A stretch of DNA of 64,000 bases. It comes from Zancudomyces culisetae HAW-14-8 (lineage: Eukaryota; Fungi; Kickxellomycota). The notes under the pieces were generated by a model. That model worked only from the letters and a program-made list of their open reading frames with translations, did no database searches and had not been told where the DNA came from. Positions within the stretch are counted from its first letter, which is position 1, and each line of letters opens with the position of its first letter. Shown here piece by piece: positions 62,083-64,000 of this stretch. Both the position numbers and the translations under genes were made by a program. Location: contig JBNJNM010000011.1 of NCBI GenBank assembly GCA_052426225.1, forward strand, positions 4,464,001-4,528,000, in the 5' to 3' direction.

Positions 62083-63636
62083 TTAGTCTAAAAGAAGTTT
62101 AAGCTCACGAAGTGCATTCAGTAATTCATGATCCACGTCAGCTGCAGGGGAAGCGGTAGAGCTTGTGTGGGTATTTGTGGTGAGTAGAGATGATTTAGAA
62201 CGCGACAAAACATCCATACGGGATCTACTTCTTGCCAAGTTAAGCAACCCACCTGTTGGGGTACCTAGATTTGCTGAAGTGACTGGGGCGGGGGTGTTGA
62301 ATAGACGTGACTGTGACCGCTCGGGGTGAATTCTGGACAGGGGGCGCCCAGGCAGAAACAGGGTTTGGTTTTCATTAGTATTACAGATGTTGTTTGTTGA
62401 GTTGAGCTTTTCTTGAAGCATCTCGATCATTCGATCCACCAATTTGCGCGAGTTTTCTAGCTTAAAGCCGGTTAAATAGTCCGATGGAGAAGTAATTGTA
62501 TCACCACTATTATTGTTTGCGGAGAAAGACTCGGTAGGATCATCGGGGATTGGCGCAAGCTTTGGGGTGATGACAGTAGGGCTTTGTGGACGCTTCGAGT
62601 CCGTCATCATATACGTGGGCAGTAGTAACATTGGGGCTTTGCTGTTTACAGCCGATGTCTTATTACTATATGTGATCGGGGTGGCAAGGTTGGTTGTTGT
62701 AGGTGTATCTTGTCCATGCAACGAATTACCAGGGTTCCTAGATGTAAAAATGTTGGCTGAACCAATATTGTGCACTGCTGCCACAGAGTAAGGTCTACCT
62801 AACGAACCGCTGTTGCCTAATTTTCTTGTTGACGATGAAAAGCTAACATTCGCATTCAACATTTCATTTTTACCGCTTCCCATAGTTGAGGACGCCCGTA
62901 GCTTGTTAAGCGATCCGCCTATTCTTGCATCGGGCTGAGTAGCAAGTTTGTCTGCGTTGGAATTGTCCCCGCTGAGATTACCTTTTCTAATACTCGGCAT
63001 ATTCTTTCCCGAATCACCAACATGAGTCAGTGTTGTATTCTTTGTACCAACACTTTTTACTGGCGATTCCTGACTCGTTCGAGAATCCAAAAAATGGACT
63101 GACCCTCTTTTTTGTAATGTCTGTGAAATCTTCAACCCACCGCCAGTATTATTTGCTGCTCTACCGAGAGACGTACCAGGTCGGTTTGCCATAGGCCCTA
63201 CACTTACTTCACGTGCCATTGAGGTTCCCGGCCTAGGTGGGAGTACGGCCGCCCTTCTGTTAAGTGGACCTGCTCTACTGAAATTTCCTCCAACCAAACC
63301 ATCCATCGATGTTTTTGGTCGTCCTACTGCTATATTCGTGTGGGGAGTAGGCTTTATTCCGACCTTTCCTAGCCCCCCATCCGCTATATTTCCCCTTAGT
63401 ACTGTTCTACTTTGCGGTCGCAGCACAGTAGCCTTGTTGATGGGCGGTGCCTTGTTCAGTGCCGTATTGACTCTTGGTTTCATTGTAGGCTTGTTGTTTG
63501 GACTATCTGTTTTAGTCCCGACCGCTGTACTGTTTGGTCTCACATACCCTCTTTGTATTTTTGCCTCTATTGCGCCATTTGTCCTTGACATCGGTTTATT
63601 TATTCCTATTTTTCCAGTATTTCCATTCGTTGTCAT
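62083..63636 (-). CDS. Hypothetical, largely disordered basic S/T/N/G/P-rich protein (517 aa) with repeated RPx[S/T] motifs
   Basis: Long GC-richer ORF with low-complexity composition and two short amphipathic helices (RKLVDRMIEMLQEKL; DHELLNALRELKLLLD). Confidence 0.8.
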   Translation of the reverse strand: MTTNGNTGKIGINKPMSRTNGAIEAKIQRGYVRPNSTAVGTKTDSPNNKPTMKPRVNTALNKAPPINKATVLRPQSRTVLRGNIADGGLGKVGIKPTPHTNIAVGRPKTSMDGLVGGNFSRAGPLNRRAAVLPPRPGTSMAREVSVGPMANRPGTSLGRAANNTGGGLKISQTLQKRGSVHFLDSRTSQESPVKSVGTKNTTLTHVGDSGKNMPSIRKGNLSGDNSNADKLATQPDARIGGSLNKLRASSTMGSGKNEMLNANVSFSSSTRKLGNSGSLGRPYSVAAVHNIGSANIFTSRNPGNSLHGQDTPTTTNLATPITYSNKTSAVNSKAPMLLLPTYMMTDSKRPQSPTVITPKLAPIPDDPTESFSANNNSGDTITSPSDYLTGFKLENSRKLVDRMIEMLQEKLNSTNNICNTNENQTLFLPGRPLSRIHPERSQSRLFNTPAPVTSANLGTPTGGLLNLARSRSRMDVLSRSKSSLLTTNTHTSSTASPAADVDHELLNALRELKLLLD

Positions 63637-64000
63637 TTTTTCCTTTTTTCTTAGGAGCTAACTTTTGTGAATATCTATTCGCGTGGACACCCCACTTCTG
63701 TTTCTTCTTTTCCTTTGTTAAAATCTAGCCTTTGAACATACAACCAATTGCTAGATTCATTTAATATGGTATACGTCCTATCTCACCAAAAAAAAGTAGA
63801 CCTGAGATGCTATACTTGTGTGGAGTTACTTTTGGTACAGATTACCTTTTGCAATTCACTAGGCTATGATCGAGTTTTTTTATTCCCCCACGATGTGCTG
63901 TTAAATCCCCAAACTATGCTATTTGATTTTACGTTGGGATAGAGCTGTATTTTTGTATATCAAGTTTATTTTAGTTTCGTTCCTAATCCTATTTTCTTTT

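Overview
AT-rich eukaryotic nuclear DNA with short GT-AG introns. The gene set (MCT-type MFS, GUP1, Ain1-type alpha-actinin, Yox1-like homeobox, CBM19-like secreted peptide, plus a Slo-type channel and an animal-like SOSS-B) points to a fungus, probably an early-diverging one such as a Kickxellomycotina/Harpellales-type species; this placement is inference. About 18 protein-coding genes are supported: arrestin-fold protein, MFS transporter, Slo/BK-like channel, CLD1/ABHD4-5 hydrolase, secreted QN-repeat protein, SLC33A1 acetyl-CoA transporter, ISWI, RICTOR, homeobox TF, glyoxalase I, RRM protein, alpha-actinin, Rab6, GUP1, SOSS-B and three orphans. I reconstructed the spliced models by hand and they stay in frame. 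No rRNA, tRNA, CRISPR or intact mobile element was seen. Main observations: (1) an intact Slo/BK-type channel whose TVGYGD K+ filter is replaced by TGLTSD and which lacks the acidic Ca2+ bowl; (2) a 3-exon hSSB1/SOSS-B gene missed by the ORF track; (3) an 18-bp quasi-palindromic coding overlap between the ISWI and acetyl-CoA transporter 3' ends; (4) an orphan in which all 8 RP dipeptides are RPx[S/T] kinase-type motifs; (5) repeated strand-skew flips inside genes.
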